A stretch of 63,869 bases of DNA from Octopus bimaculoides (lineage: Eukaryota): contig NC_068988.1 of assembly GCF_001194135.2 (NCBI RefSeq), positions 80,991,874 through 81,055,742 on the forward strand, given 5' to 3'. The notes beneath the pieces were generated by a model. The model saw only the letters and a list, made by a program, of their open reading frames with translations, had not been told where the DNA came from and searched no databases. Positions 24,401 to 37,740 of this stretch are shown one piece after another (within the stretch, counting starts at the first letter, position 1; every line of letters starts with the position of its first letter). Position numbers and translations under genes: made by a program.

Positions 24401-24849
24401 TCGCAAAGAGAAGAAAAAAAAAAACAATGGATAATATAGTCTTACAAAAAAATGTGGTAAATTTTGGGAAGTGCACCTGCATGTATTTCAAAAAGGTAAT
24501 GAAAACCTCAGACATTTTATGTGGCATCAAGTACCCTGACCTCCAAATGTGCCACAAACCTCTTATTTTTGTTCAGAAAAATGTGGTGGAGAAACTAACC
24601 CCCACCCCTACCCCAGAACTATTGGAAATTTTTTTTTCATTGAATGGATTACGGTGACCTCTTAATGTGCCACAAAATACCCTTTTTTGTTTGGAAACTG
24701 AGGGGTAGGGGGTGGAACATTTGGAAATTTCACCCCACCATTTTCAAATTTGTTTTGCTGTTTCTTTCTTTACACATATTTTTAGATAACATTTTCAAAA
24801 ATACGTTTTCAACTGGAGTCGTTCTTCATTTCTTATAACATTTAGTCGG

Positions 24850-25080
24850 CCCAGAGCAAACTCCACATCGTTCTTACTGGCATTCCTTCTCAGCTCGCAC
24901 TTTCAGTGCAAGATATGATTACAGGAACCCCACCGGATATGGTTTACAAAACCTTCAAAGCCGAGGTTTTATGGTGTAGCTCTCTCTTGGCTGAGATTAA
25001 ATTTCGCACACTCTTGCAGGATGACCGTCTTGGGGACCAAACCCCCAATCAGTTTTTACGATGAATCCGAGAGTTGTCTG
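24850..25080 (+). pseudogene. Ty3/Gypsy gag-like relic
   Basis: QSKLHIVLTGIP..VQDMITGTP /frameshift/ PDMVYKTFKAEVL..FRTLLQDDRLGDQTPNQFLR*IREL resembles the invertebrate Gypsy gag motif LLxxEELGDRKPSQLLRRM. Confidence 0.65.
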
Positions 25081-25127
25081 ATAGCTCATGAGGGACAGGC
25101 ATTTGTCAAACAACTATTTTTCTTGCA

Positions 25128-25320
25128 GAGATTTTACTGTAATCTTTATTTTATTTTTATTTTGTTCTATTTGGGATATCATGTTTGTGTGGTACTTGTA
25201 TATTATTCTAGCTATAAGCAAAATATTTTCAGGATTTTATGATTAGAATATTATTTTGTGTGTAGATTTTACTGTAATCTTTATTTTATTTTTATTTTGT
25301 TCTATTTGGGATGTCATGTT
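25128..25320. repeat. Direct repeat of about 58 bp
   Basis: agattttactgtaatctttattttatttttattttgttctatttgggat..catgtt occurs at about 25128 and 25264. Confidence 0.85.
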
Positions 25321-25795
25321 CATGTATTTTTACAAAGTGTAACTGTGCAATAAAATGTTATTGGCCAAGAACCTTCTTGACGAAACACATGAAGATAAAA
25401 ATCACTGCTGAGCTGAACTGGAGTATTGTAGTACAGAAGTGATTCCGGAAATTTCTGGTGGGAGTGGGTGGGTCTGAGGTCTGCTTCATTGCAATTGATC
25501 AATGAAATGACAGTGTAGTTTGTTCAGAGATACTGAAAAAATTAATTTTTATACTGAACCATTCAAGGGTTGTTTGTTACTGGTACAAAAATATGTTTTC
25601 CACATTTAAACAAAACAGTCAAATTTGAAAAGTTTTTTAGTGGGTTGGGGTGTATCTCCATATCCCCCCTCCCACTCTGAATCCATCCTTGTTGTAGTGT
25701 AGTTTCAGCATTACAGTGGCTGCATGACAGTGGGCGTAAATTTACCATACCATGTACTGACGGTCCCACAAAACATTGGTAAGGTAGGTGAGTGC

Positions 25796-25880
25796 GATGG
25801 AGGTAAAGAATACGCACACTACCCGTTTTCGGCGTAACCGTAACCCTAAACACCGGGTGTGCGTATTCTTTACCTTCGCC
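25796..25880. mobile_element. 85-bp foldback element with 24-bp TIRs and 9-bp TSD (Mutator-like MITE)
   Basis: TSD ggtgagtgc at 25787-25795 and 25881-25889. Arms gatggaggtaaagaatacgcacac / gtgtgcgtattctttaccttcgcc pair at 21/24 positions, with the inner 19 perfect. Confidence 0.7.
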
Positions 25881-26199
25881 GGTGAGTGCTGCCTTCTGTT
25901 AATTTTACAGAGGCGAATGGGGTGGGGGGTCACAACTGGAGACAGTCACGGTTAGCCAACGCAAGGGATAGCGCAAATAAGTGTTAGACAAACAACCAAA
26001 GTAAATGCTAGCAACATTTTAAGTGGCGTGCTGGAGGTTACATCGATGTTTTTGTTTTTTTCCATTGCAAGGACAAATTTTTGTATATTCGGAATCTACA
26101 TAATAAATGATATATGCATAGAAAATTTCATTAAAAAATATTCATTTTTCTGAAAGTTATGACCTTCCAAANNNNNNNNNNGGGGGGGGGGGGTAGAAC

Positions 26200-26307
26200 T
26201 CTGTAGTTATGCCGTGTCGGGACCTTATTTTATGGTTATTTTTTTTCCCCAAAAAATTAAGGTGCGTCCTCGAGGACGAAGTGTTTTCGACGCCGGGAAA
26301 TACGGTA
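26200..26307. mobile_element. Right terminus of a Tc1/mariner-pogo type non-autonomous element
   Basis: ggtgcgtcctc...cgccgggaaatacgg-ta resembles the TACCGTATTTTCCGGCG terminus class. The left end was not found and may lie in the adjacent gap. Confidence 0.55.
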
Positions 26308-29300
26308 ATTCAAAATCGGCTTTCATGCATCTGCGAGTAATGATCGATTATTATTATTATTGCATCGATCTTTTATGTCTGCAACATAAACAAGAGGAAA
26401 AAAAAATTCAGCCATTTCGTATTTCATTACAATAATAAGAGCTTTCTAAATAATAATGGAGCTTCTACATGGTCATTCGAGCTGTTGAAAATAACTACAC
26501 CCTACCGTCTTAAAAAAGAAAGTGCACTTTGATTAATGTAGTCCGTGAGAAGGATTGATGGTCATGGCTAGCATACCTTTACTCATCAATCTGATCAGTC
26601 AATGCCGACCTATGACTAAACAACTTTCTATATAATTTATGTTTTCTTTACCATTTTTTACTGATTACCTTTTGTTGTGCTCTTTTTCGACAAATTCAAT
26701 TATTACGTTTCTGCGGTATCTTATTATTGTAGAAGAAAAGCAAACGGTTTTTCATTTACAATTAAATTAAAGGTTTGAACAAGAATCAACTAAATGTTAT
26801 TCATAATTATTAGTAATAAATTAAATGAAAAGATGGTGCTATATGATGCGACAGTTGCGAAGTTGATGTCTAACTCAGTAGACCTGTGATTAAAAATGTT
26901 CCAGGTGTGACTAACCCGTGCCTTTCTCAAGCAAAATATACAAAGCATCCAGAATACCATAATCTACTGTGTCCTTTTAAAATCATAGGATGTGGTATGA
27001 GAGAGATTTGGCTCTCTAAAAAAAACAAAAAAAAAAGCCCGAACGATCGCGTCACTCCCTTCAATTCATCGTTTTTGTCCCAATCTGTACACATATTTCT
27101 TTTCGTGTCAGTTTTACAAAAATATTTTAATACAAGCTTTAATATTTAGAAAATATATAAGCAAACTTTTGATTTTTGTATAAAAGGAAATACATGCAAA
27201 CTTCTAACGAGCCTGAATAACTGAAAAATGTTTCTCTAAACTAAATTAGTGCAGGATAATTCTTAATTGTGAAAGTAGGCGGTGTTTAATGCATGATTTT
27301 TTTTTGTTTTTGTTTACAGAAATAAATTATTGAAACCTTTTTTCGTTGGCAATTAATATATTCTAATCGTGGAAAGACTTCCTTTTGTACCCTCACCCAC
27401 CCCTTTATTTTTATTTTATTTTATTTTTACAGAAACCCCCGTTTTCGGGTACGGAAAAAGAAGTCTTTTTCTAATCGTTAAGCTGCAAACCGTCACGCAT
27501 AGTTCAAATCCCACCGTAGTTAATTGTTGCTTTCATTGTTGCAGAGGCCTATAAAATAAAGTATGTCAGGAACTGGCCCGGAGCCTGTTAATCGGTTAAA
27601 GCGGTCCCCAAATTGTGACAGTTAGTGCCTATACACATGACCTCCAGTCGAAAAGCTATAACTCTATTAGAAACAGAATTTTTGTTTAACCAAAAGAATT
27701 AAAAAAGGAAAAAAGTAATGACGATAAGGTTTTATAAAATATAATCATTGTGATGGATGATAAGAAACGACGAATTGCCCGACATGTATAAAAGTTAAGA
27801 AATCATTAATGCACGAAGCTAGTAATCAGAGATTACCTATTCAGTCCTTTGGTTAAGAAAATTAAGGTTTCTATATTCAGACAGGAATAAAAAAAATGCT
27901 AATTTCAGCCAGTGAAGTCAAATAACTGAAGTTCAAGGAAGTATTGAGTGCTTTATTAGAAGTAATGTAGCACAAGAGAATCCACGACCTAGTCTTCGGC
28001 AACGCGATAGAGCTAATATTTTATTTAGTCTAAACACGGTTTATTCTGAGCTTTATAATCGACCTTAGTATGCTGCTCATACAGAAATAACAGCCGAATA
28101 CTCCTCACGTCAAAAGTAGAGCATCTTAGATCATATGGCTACCTGATCATTGACGACCTGGAACTAAATAAAGAGGGGGGCTCTGTTGTCAGTTGACATG
28201 TTAGAAATAGCAGCCAAATCTCCCTCAAATCGTCACGTTAGTCTTAATACACTACATTAGTTAATGTGGCCGTCTTGCATATCCCTTAAAAGACAGAAAG
28301 GTCTCAGTCGGATTACTTTCGATTACAGGTCTGCTGAAGCAGAGCTGATCTCGAGCTAAACAACACGTATGGTAAGATTTGAACTCAAAATGTAAACACG
28401 TCTCTTTACTTTAAGGTCGACGCTCGACCGTATAAATAAACAGCGAGTTCTAAATATTAAGAGAGAAATATAAATAGAAAATTTCAAGCTGTAGTTGTTT
28501 TTAGTTACTTATTAGAATTGTAAATTGGAAGAAACACATTAATCAGTTTTCTTTATAAAGATAATTGAATTCCTAAATATTAGTGAGATTCATTTGAACG
28601 GAAATTTAATAGCAAAGATTAATAAATATTTCCCTTTCACCTGATAATTATTATAGTGCGAATTTCTACATATGGGAATATCCAGCTTTCAGGACTTGAA
28701 AATTTAAGTTATGGTTAATTTGCGCGCACGCACGCACACACACATACACACACAGAGTTTCATTCCTATATACGGTTGTAGTATGGAGCTGGCAAAAATG
28801 CTTAGAGTGAATGACCGTACTCAAAGTATACGCCTGTCGATCAGAGAGCAGGAGAGAGAGGGTTCATATTCTAGGTGGTCAGGGTAATCCTGGATTTGTG
28901 GGGTTCCTTCATTCGCCCTAGTTGGAGTTTCTCCTGTATCAGGGGGACTACATCATTCATGACATTACATACTTTGTATGTTATGTTTACTGTTATCGCA
29001 TTTCACTGTCTTTTACATTTCTTTCTTTCTATCCTTTATGTAAACACCCGCACAAATTGTCTTTGTGATGTCACCGTCATCTATGCCTCTGTGACTAATA
29101 AAAGAAATTGTTATCATTATTTAATTACTATTATTATATGACTTAATTAGAGTATCGGTAGTGATCATGAGCTTTATTTGAGACTGATATCCTCAAACGA
29201 GAGAGAAAACTAGGGAGAAAGATATCCTCAAACTAGAGAGGGATATGACTAAATGCATGTAACGATATGATCCCACTTTCCACAAGGCGACATACTAAGA

Positions 29301-30479
29301 TTCAAAACGTTCTGTGGCCAGGCCATGCAACCCACACTGTATGACTATCAATTTAACATTATATAATATCTATCCCACTATCTATGTATAATGGTGGGAG
29401 AATAGAAATAGCAGGAATAAGGTTTTTAAAAATTGTGTTAGATACACTGATTGCAGATGAAAGCTGCAACGTCGTAGATCACAGATCTGCTGAATTATTG
29501 CCAAGATGCCGGGTGGGGTTGAATAAAAATACGGAATATAAGAAGAAAAAGAACTGTTCAATATATAGTCGGAAAGATTAGTCCGTACATTTTAGACCAT
29601 TTCAGCAAAAGGGAAAAAATGAAAAAAGAAAAGGTTTTAATATAAATGTGTGTGTGCAGAAATGGCAGGCAAATAATGGTATACCAATTTGTCAGTATTA
29701 TTTTAATGAATCTATTTTAATTCTATTTGATTATGATATAGAAATAATCCTAATTCTTATTCTTTTATATGTTTCAGCCCTAATGCTGTGGCCATGCTGG
29801 AGCACACAGTTTTTTTACATTTAAACGAGTAAAATAAATAAAGAGTAAATGTATACGAATGAAGAGAAATAAGCCATTGTTGATATTTTAATGTAGCTTC
29901 TTGTCAGCTCTGAATGAACAAAGCATGATCAAAGGCATATTCCAGCCACCCTACCCTTTCCTCAAAGACTGTATATTGAGGATGACGTTGTTTTTTTTTT
30001 TTTTTCTTCAAGACGGTCGTGGGGGGAAAATAATTTGTTGAATGCAAAATGTACAGTTTCTGATTCGTCATTGCACTCAAACACACAGTAAATAATTATA
30101 TGTAAAAGATGGGGTATGTTTCGATGGTAACGTTTGTCAACAACATCATCACCTGATCTCTATATAATAAACACAAACCCCTCCCTCTGACATCCATCTG
30201 ACAATAACAGTCTCTCATTTTCCTGCTTACCGCCTCCACCTCCACGTTTACTCAATTATAGAAGACCATTTATGATTGGTTTCTTATTAGACTGGTCTAT
30301 TTAGGTCAACTTCTTATCAAACTTTCACTCTCTACTTACTCTGTTTCTTTCAAAACAATAATTACTTTCACCATTGATTTATGACTGTGTTGCAGTCAAG
30401 CAGAAATATTTTCTCGCAACCATAACAAATGTTGGCTATATTTCTTAAGAGATGTGTAATTATAAAAGTTTCTCAGTTG

Positions 30480-30612
30480 CTGCCAGCAAGCCATAGTTGA
30501 AGGCTGATGATTGGTTCATAAAGCGAGCACCTGCCCCCGCCGCCATCGTTACCGACACCGACTTCCTTCAATTAAGACTTGCTGCTGCTGTCCGTCACAC
30601 AACAACTTTCAG
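30480..30612 (+). promoter_or_regulatory. Candidate promoter and non-coding first exon of the membrane-protein gene
   Basis: CpG-richer unique sequence with ATTGG (reverse CCAAT) and cataaag, a GC-rich leader, then CAG|gtttgt donor at 30612/30613. The link to exon 48986 is inference. Confidence 0.35.
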
Positions 30613-31769
30613 GTTTGTAGAGTGGCTTTATTTATTTTTTAATTTTTTTATTTATTCAATTTCAACCGAAAACTTTTTATTTTACCATCCTGACCAGTAC
30701 CTCTTTATACATATGCAAACACACACAAATATATAATGTTATATATAACAGAAAGTTATATATATGCATACATAATCATCTCCATCATCGTTACTGTGTG
30801 ACTGAGTTTAAAGTTTGTTTACTAATTTCCAGAAAAAAAAATATAGTAAACCATCTATTTTAAATTAGCTGCTGTATTCATTAGGTATATGAAATACATC
30901 AAAATTCCAATTTTTATGCAATCAACCCATTTTTCTAAACCAGCAAGTTTAAATATTCCTTCCCAGGCATTTTTTTCTTTTTACTTTCTATTTGTGAGAG
31001 AACGTCGTCATAAATGTCAGCTGTATAGTTTGCTCGGGGAGGTGTTTTCCTTATTCCTCCTCCTTTCTCTTGATGTGTATTTATCTGCCAGTTGCATCAA
31101 TCAATTACACAGGGTTCAAAAAGGGTGCAAATATAAATAGATCACACCACCTTTTCCTCCCGTTGTTGCTAAAATTTGTATCTCCATCCTTGGAAATTCG
31201 GTTTGTAATTCATTTTAATGTAAATTTATAGTATTACATTTTGAACGAATTGGGGATAATCGAAATGATTTTTGTTATTGTCATATAAATAAAGTGCGGA
31301 ATTTCTTTCGGTTGATAAAAGAAGTTTTGAAAAAAGGAATCCCCTTGTTTGAGCCACTCATTATCGCAGGTTTAATTACCTTCTAATCTAATCATCAACG
31401 TGGAATGTAAAACTTTACTGATAAATTAAATAGGCAAAAATTATTGGTGTTTATTCCGACTAAAAAAAAAAATTACTGGGGAGATAGCCAGACACAAAAA
31501 TCTGCCCACAGTTGTAATTGAGTTTATTATAACCACCAACAACTACTACATTCAAAACATTTCTGCCAGTTAGCAAACACCGTTACCCTCTTTCCAACTT
31601 GCTCCGGTTCCCCCGTTTATTTTCATCATTGACATAAAATCTATTTATTGATGATTTAAATATCGTTGATAGGATTTTAATAACATGCCAGGGAAATTTA
31701 TTTTAAATGGCATTACTGCAAAAAACAAACAAAAAAAAAAGGAAAGTCAATCATGATATGCATATGTGT

Positions 31770-31776
31770 GTGTATG

Positions 31777-31858
<82 letters not shown>
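31770..31858. repeat. (TA)n microsatellite
   Basis: Read directly. Similar tracts at 1-48, 13980-14056, 61963-62048 and 62460-62517. Confidence 0.95.
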
Positions 31859-31861
<3 letters not shown>

Positions 31862-34819
31862 TAACTGCCACAAATGCGTCACACTCTAAAATTGCGGTAC
31901 CTTGCTTTCTAAATAAGTGGTACCGCATGGTTTTATAACGACATTCAACTGTTGCATCACAGCTATTATATAAATTTGGAATTTGAAGGTTACGTTTGAA
32001 ATATTTAAATGGTGAATTTATGTATTCAGGATTTTCCAAAATATCTTTCTGTAGTTTTTAAAAAAAAATTTTATGATCTAGACGAAAGATCCTTTGGCTC
32101 ACATTAGGCCCCCATCTTTGATTTTTAAGAAGTGATGGTAGGAAAAATCATTATAAGCAATGCTTATTTTCTACAGTATGAATTTGTCTTCTTACGTTCC
32201 ATTTCACTTCATACTGGTCATTATAGCGTGAAGCTATCATAGATCTAGACTTATCTTCAAAACCATGGATTTCTAAAGATAAGAGAATAAATGGTTATTA
32301 GGTCAACTTCAGGTAAAGGTCCCTAACTAAGTTTGGTATTCACACTTCATTGTTAAACTCCCTTTCCCAGCAACTTAGGTGACCCTCAAAAATTTCATTC
32401 CATCATCTCTGTCTTCTCTTAGTGAATAACTTGTCAAGACCTACTACGTATACTTGAAATAGCAATCAAATCTTCTTCTAACCTGTCTGCTATAAGGAAA
32501 GGATGCATCAGATAATATAGCCTTGTATACTCCTATATAAGGTTGGAATACTTTTGAATATAGATTGGCTTGGTCAGGACTGACTAAATAACAGCTCAGT
32601 GAAATACATAGCATCTATGTGATTGTTTGGCTCGCTAGAAATAACCACTAGTTCTCATTTTAATTAAATCCTACCACCTTGAAAAAAGTGGGGGCCATTA
32701 GATAACATAGAGAAGTACAGGAAGGCCATGGCTATCCTTGATCATAGGTCTTTTCAGTCGGGGTCAACACATGATATGGCCTTCCATTTCCTTCATATAT
32801 TTTAGAATTCTCTGTTATATATATGCTGATTCAGTATTCCACTGTATAATCCCAATGGTAATGTGGAGGTCATTCCCCTCCTATTTTTATTGAAGCAACT
32901 GTAAAGGGTTGCTATTTAAAAATATAACTGAGGGCATAAAAATAGTTTCTTTAGCCATTATCATTTCTAGTCACAGAAAAGTCTTTGATTTATTGTTGCA
33001 TAGATCTTGTGGAACTTTAGCATGGTAATACATGCTACACATGGAACTGAACTGAAGGCATTAAAAGAAGCTGAAAAGGAGTTTTGTGTTAATCAGTCAG
33101 GGAAGGACAGGATAAATTAGCATTTATGTAAAACTATGTTTCTCCTAATTAAATTCCAAAATAGAAATATATTTTTCAAAGGTAACTCACACCTCATCCC
33201 TTATTTTTGATGAACAACTTTCAACTTAAAGAACCTTCCTTACTGAATATATTAGGATTCACTATCCATTTCTTTAAAAGGTATATCACACCTCATTCCC
33301 TAACTATGAACAGTTTTTCAGTCCTTATTATCAAATATACTAGGGTTCACTTTCTCCAGATATCTCTCTTGGAAGAATTATATATATATATGATGTTTGC
33401 TATTTGGCAAAGTGACACCCATACATAATTTCAGTTACTTCATCTCATCAGTAAAATGGATCATCTCAGTTCTGCTTTGATTAGTAGACTGGGGTACTAT
33501 CCATGTGTTAGAAAAGATATAGCTGACAACATTGAAATGGAGAAATCGTTGTTTTTTTTGCAAAATAATCAGTAATAGAAAATTTGTTAGGGCTATCATT
33601 CATTCATGTAGTGTTTAAAAAGCATTTAATTGATATTATTTATCAAAACTCTTTAGACATTTCCCAATCAACAGGGTATTAATTTATATAGTTGATTTTT
33701 TTTCTTTTCTTTTTGTGAGAGTGAGGACCAGCAAGAACAGCATGTATGTTCATAATTTTGCCACTTAACCACATCTATCATTTGAAATATGTTTTATAAT
33801 TAATTTGACTAGAAGTTAACATGTAAAAGAATAATTAAATTCTCATCTGACCTTCAATGCCATCTGAAAATACAAATCTGATTTTTTTTTTTTCTTTTAG
33901 AAGCTTTCATTAAATTATTTTATAGTGTTCTGATAATTAAAAGAGAGATAGAAATTCTAGGAAGTATTTCTGCATTAAAAGTGCAAAATACTGAGTTGGT
34001 AGCTGCACCAGTTTTATTCTTGTCAGTACAGAAAAACAAAATTAGAAGTGTATTTAAAGAATTCTTATGAATACCACCTGTGCAAGTAGTTGAAAAACAA
34101 ATGGCAGAGAAAGCACTGTAGTGTATGCGAGAGAGATTGTTGTTAGGTTCAATTTGAAGCTACTTTTAGACATTGTTTTTCATTTATAATTGTAAATTGT
34201 CCAAACAATTTATTAGTCTAGTGAGTTTGTAATTTTTAAGCTGTGCTTAGTCAGAAAGAAACTATTATTGCCTCATGCTTAAATTATACCATTTCTTTTT
34301 TCCAAGAGAAAGAGCAGTTTTAATGTCTTGTATAGTGGGATTTTAAAAAAATGTATCTCCTTCTTTTTAGAAGGTGCTGTGGTTTGGTGAAGTTTATCCT
34401 ACTTTATTGTCAAGTGGTTTATAATACTTATCAATTTTGCAATGCCTCTCTTATAGAATGAAATGTATACATCACTCTTAATATATTTACTATGTGACCA
34501 TGTAGACTGCACTATTTGTCTTTTGAAGGTATATAAGGAGGCGGACATTTAGCTTTCTAGATATCTTTTGAAATTTTATTTTCCAACTCTAGCAAGATTT
34601 GAATAGCAGACCAGGACTATATCTTCCTCAGTGAATTTTGTCTGACCCAGACAGGTATGGAAAAATGGATGTTCAATGATGATGATGATATGGGATTATG
34701 ATACAAGACTGTTGATATTCAGTATATAGAGAAATACAGTCTTTTGAACAATTGTAGCCTATTAATAACTTGGTTATTAAATGTTATTGAAAAAAGGCTA
34801 GTGCAAATAAGAAATAAAT

Positions 34820-36200
34820 CTACCCAGTGTAAGCTATGGACACATAAGAGGTGCAGCAATATCAAAGGAGGGCTAACTAGCAAGATAGTTTTTGTATGTG
34901 GCAGATGCTCAGGAGCAATAAACACTGAGAATGTGCAGAAAACAACCTTTACCACACTCCAGGGAGAAAAACTACAAGTAGTCGATAGCTTCCGCTACAT
35001 AGGTGACCAAGTTTGTAGCTGCTAGAATAAGAATAGCCTGGACAAAGTTTAAAGAGCTCTTACCTCTTTTGGTGACAAAGGGCCTCTCACTCAGAGTAAA
35101 AGGCAGACTGTATGATGCATGTGTACGAACAGCCATGCTACATGGCAGTGAAACATGGGCCATGACTGCTGAGGACATGCGTAAGCTTGCAAGAAAAGAA
35201 GCCAGTATGCTCTGATGGATGTGTAATAAGTGTGCATACTCGAAAAAGTGTAAGTACCTTGAGAGAAAAGTTAGACCTAAGAAGCATCAGTTGTAGTGTG
35301 CAAGAGAGACGATTGCGTTGGTATGGTCACATGGCGAGAATGGATGAAGATAGCTGTGTGAAAAAGTGCCACACCCTAGCAGTTGAGGGAACCTGTGGAA
35401 GAGGTAGACCCAGGAAGACCTGAGATGAGGTGGTGAAGCACGACCAGTGACAGGGACCTTTGGAAATATGCTGTATGTGAGAAGACCCGGCAAGGCAGGT
35501 GAGAGCATAATCTGTGATCTCTGCCAGAAGTGTAGCCAGCTCACTAATCCGTATCTTTACTTTATTGGACACTAAAAACCCTGCTTGCGAAGACCTGCTG
35601 AGGCAAGTGAATTGGAATTTGAAATTTGAAATCTGNNNNNNNNNNNNNNNNNNNNNNNNNNNNNNNNNNNNNNNNNNNNNNNNNNNNNNNNNNNNNNNNN
35701 NNNNNNNNNNNNNNNNNNNNNNNNNNNNNNNNNNNNNNNNNNNNNNNNNNNNNNNNNNNNNNNNNNNNNNNNNNNNNNNNNNNNNNNNNNNNNNNNNNNN
35801 NNNNNNNNNNNNNNNNNNNNNNNNNNNNNNNNNNNNNNNNNNNNNNNNNNNNNNNNNNNNNNNNNNNNNNNNNNNNNNAGCACTTGTATTGGTGGCATGT
35901 AAAATCATTTGAGCGAGGTCGTTGCCAGTGCCGCTGGACTGGCTCCCGTGCAGGTGGCACATAAAAAACACCTTTTTGAGCGTGGTCATTGCCAGTACCG
36001 TGTGACTGGCCCTCGTGCCGGTGGCACGTAAAAGCACCCACTACACTCTTGGAGTGGTTGGCGTTAGGAAGGGCATCCAGCTGTAGAAACTCTGCCAGAT
36101 CAGATTGGAGCCTGGTGCAGCCTTCTGGCTTGTCAGTCCTCAGTCAAATCGTCCAGCCCATGCTAGCATGGAAAGCAGATGTTAAACGATGATGATGATG
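34820..36200 (+). mobile_element. 5'-truncated RTE LINE with 3' end and (GAT)n tail, interrupted by an N-gap
   Basis: TQCKLWTHKRCSNIKGGLTSKIVFVCGRC, KGRLYDACVRTAMLHGSETW and ERRLRWYGH. The 3' end has ggaagggcatccagctgtag and ends gatgatgatgat. Confidence 0.9.
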
Positions 36201-36479
36201 ATTAGGAAAATATAAAGTTATTAGTGTCAGCAGAAATTTTTTAGAACTGATAAAATTGATAGTTTTATTTAAGCAGTTTATTACATACATATACAGACAT
36301 ATAATATAGAGAACAACTGGAAATTCCTATGAAACATGTTGAGAATCACTGAACAAATTTCTGGCTGGTGCCAAGCCCCAACCAGACATTGGGTGACATG
36401 GTGGTGGAATAGTGTAGTAGACCAGGCCATTAAAGTAAAGAAACAAGCCTGGAAGGGTGGCATTTGCAAAGGACTATAT

Positions 36480-37740
36480 TAGGTAGCTAGAAGGAAAGTT
36501 AGGAGGTAGGTATACTTAGCCAGAGAAGAAGCAGAAAGGAAGAAATTTGTCAGTGTTCTGTGGCATGAGGATTAGCGGCTTGAGGTGTTTTGGTTTGCAA
36601 GACAGTATGTCAGGGAAAATTCTGATGTTGTAGTTTGCATGGATGATGGTTCACTTGCCATTAGTGACTCTGCAAAGAAAGAGGCTTGGAAGTGTGTGCT
36701 ACTATGAAAGGCTGTTTAATGTTGAGAACACACGAGAGAAGGAAAGTCTGCCTATTGTGGATCCAACAGGTGGACCTGCTATCTGAATAGACAGTAGCTT
36801 GGTAGATAAAGCAATTAAGGATATGAAGACAGGGAAAGCCCCTGGTCCATCAGAAATTACTGCTGAGATGCTTAAAATACCTGGTGGGGTGGATATGGTC
36901 TAGTCACCTGTATACTTAATCAGGTCGTTCACTAGGTAGTCATAACAATGGCTGGTATAGCAGCATTATAGCCAACTACCTGGGGTGATGCTTAGAAGTA
37001 GTAGATAGCTTCTGTTACCTTCCGTCAGCAGTGGAGGAGGATGCTCAGAGAGCATAGCTGCTTGAATAAGAATGGGCTGGGAAAAGTTCAGAGAGTTTCT
37101 ACCTTTGTTGGTAACAAAGGGCCTCTCTCTTAGAGTGAAAGGCAGATTGTATGATGCCTGTGTGCAAACAGCAGTGCTACATGGCAGTGAAACATGGGTT
37201 GTGACTGCAGAGGACATGTGAAGGCTTGAAAGAAATGAAGCTAGTATACTCTGCTGGATGTGCAATGTCAGTGTGCATGTGTGACGGTGTAGGTATCTTA
37301 AGAGAGAAAAACTGGGTATAAGAGGCATCAGATATGGTGTGCAAGAGAGAAGACTATGCTGGTATGACCTTGTGATGTGTATGGACGAAGACTGCTGTAT
37401 AAAGGAGTGCTGACTTCTAAGTGTGGAGGGAACATGTGGAAGAAGTAGACCCATGAAGATGTGGGATGAGGTGGTGAAATATCATCTTTGGATGCTGAGA
37501 CTTGGTGATTTGCTGTGCTTGAGAAGACCTGTCAAGTGAAGTGAAATTGTAGTCTTGGCCAGTGCTGGTGACATGTGCAAGGCACCCAGTACACTTTATG
37601 GATTGGTTGGTATTAGAAAGGGTATCCACCAATTAAAAACAAAGCCAAACCAGACTAGTGCCTGGTTCAGCTCTTTGGTTTACCAATTCCAGGCAAACTG
37701 TCAAACCTATGTCAGTATGCAAAAAAGACACTAAATGAAG
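36480..37740 (+). mobile_element. RTE LINE derivative lacking the RT core
   Basis: Pre-RT region (DKAIKDMKTGKAPGPSEITAEMLK..SSIIANY) is joined near 36980 directly to the post-RT region (LEVVDSFCYL..RLYDACVQTAVLHGSETW). Confidence 0.8.

Noticed and set aside
24594-24725. Imperfect C-rich/G-rich inverted repeat and duplicated gacctc..aatgtgccacaaa
   Set aside because: Short, low-complexity and without TSD or defined termini; cannot be classified.
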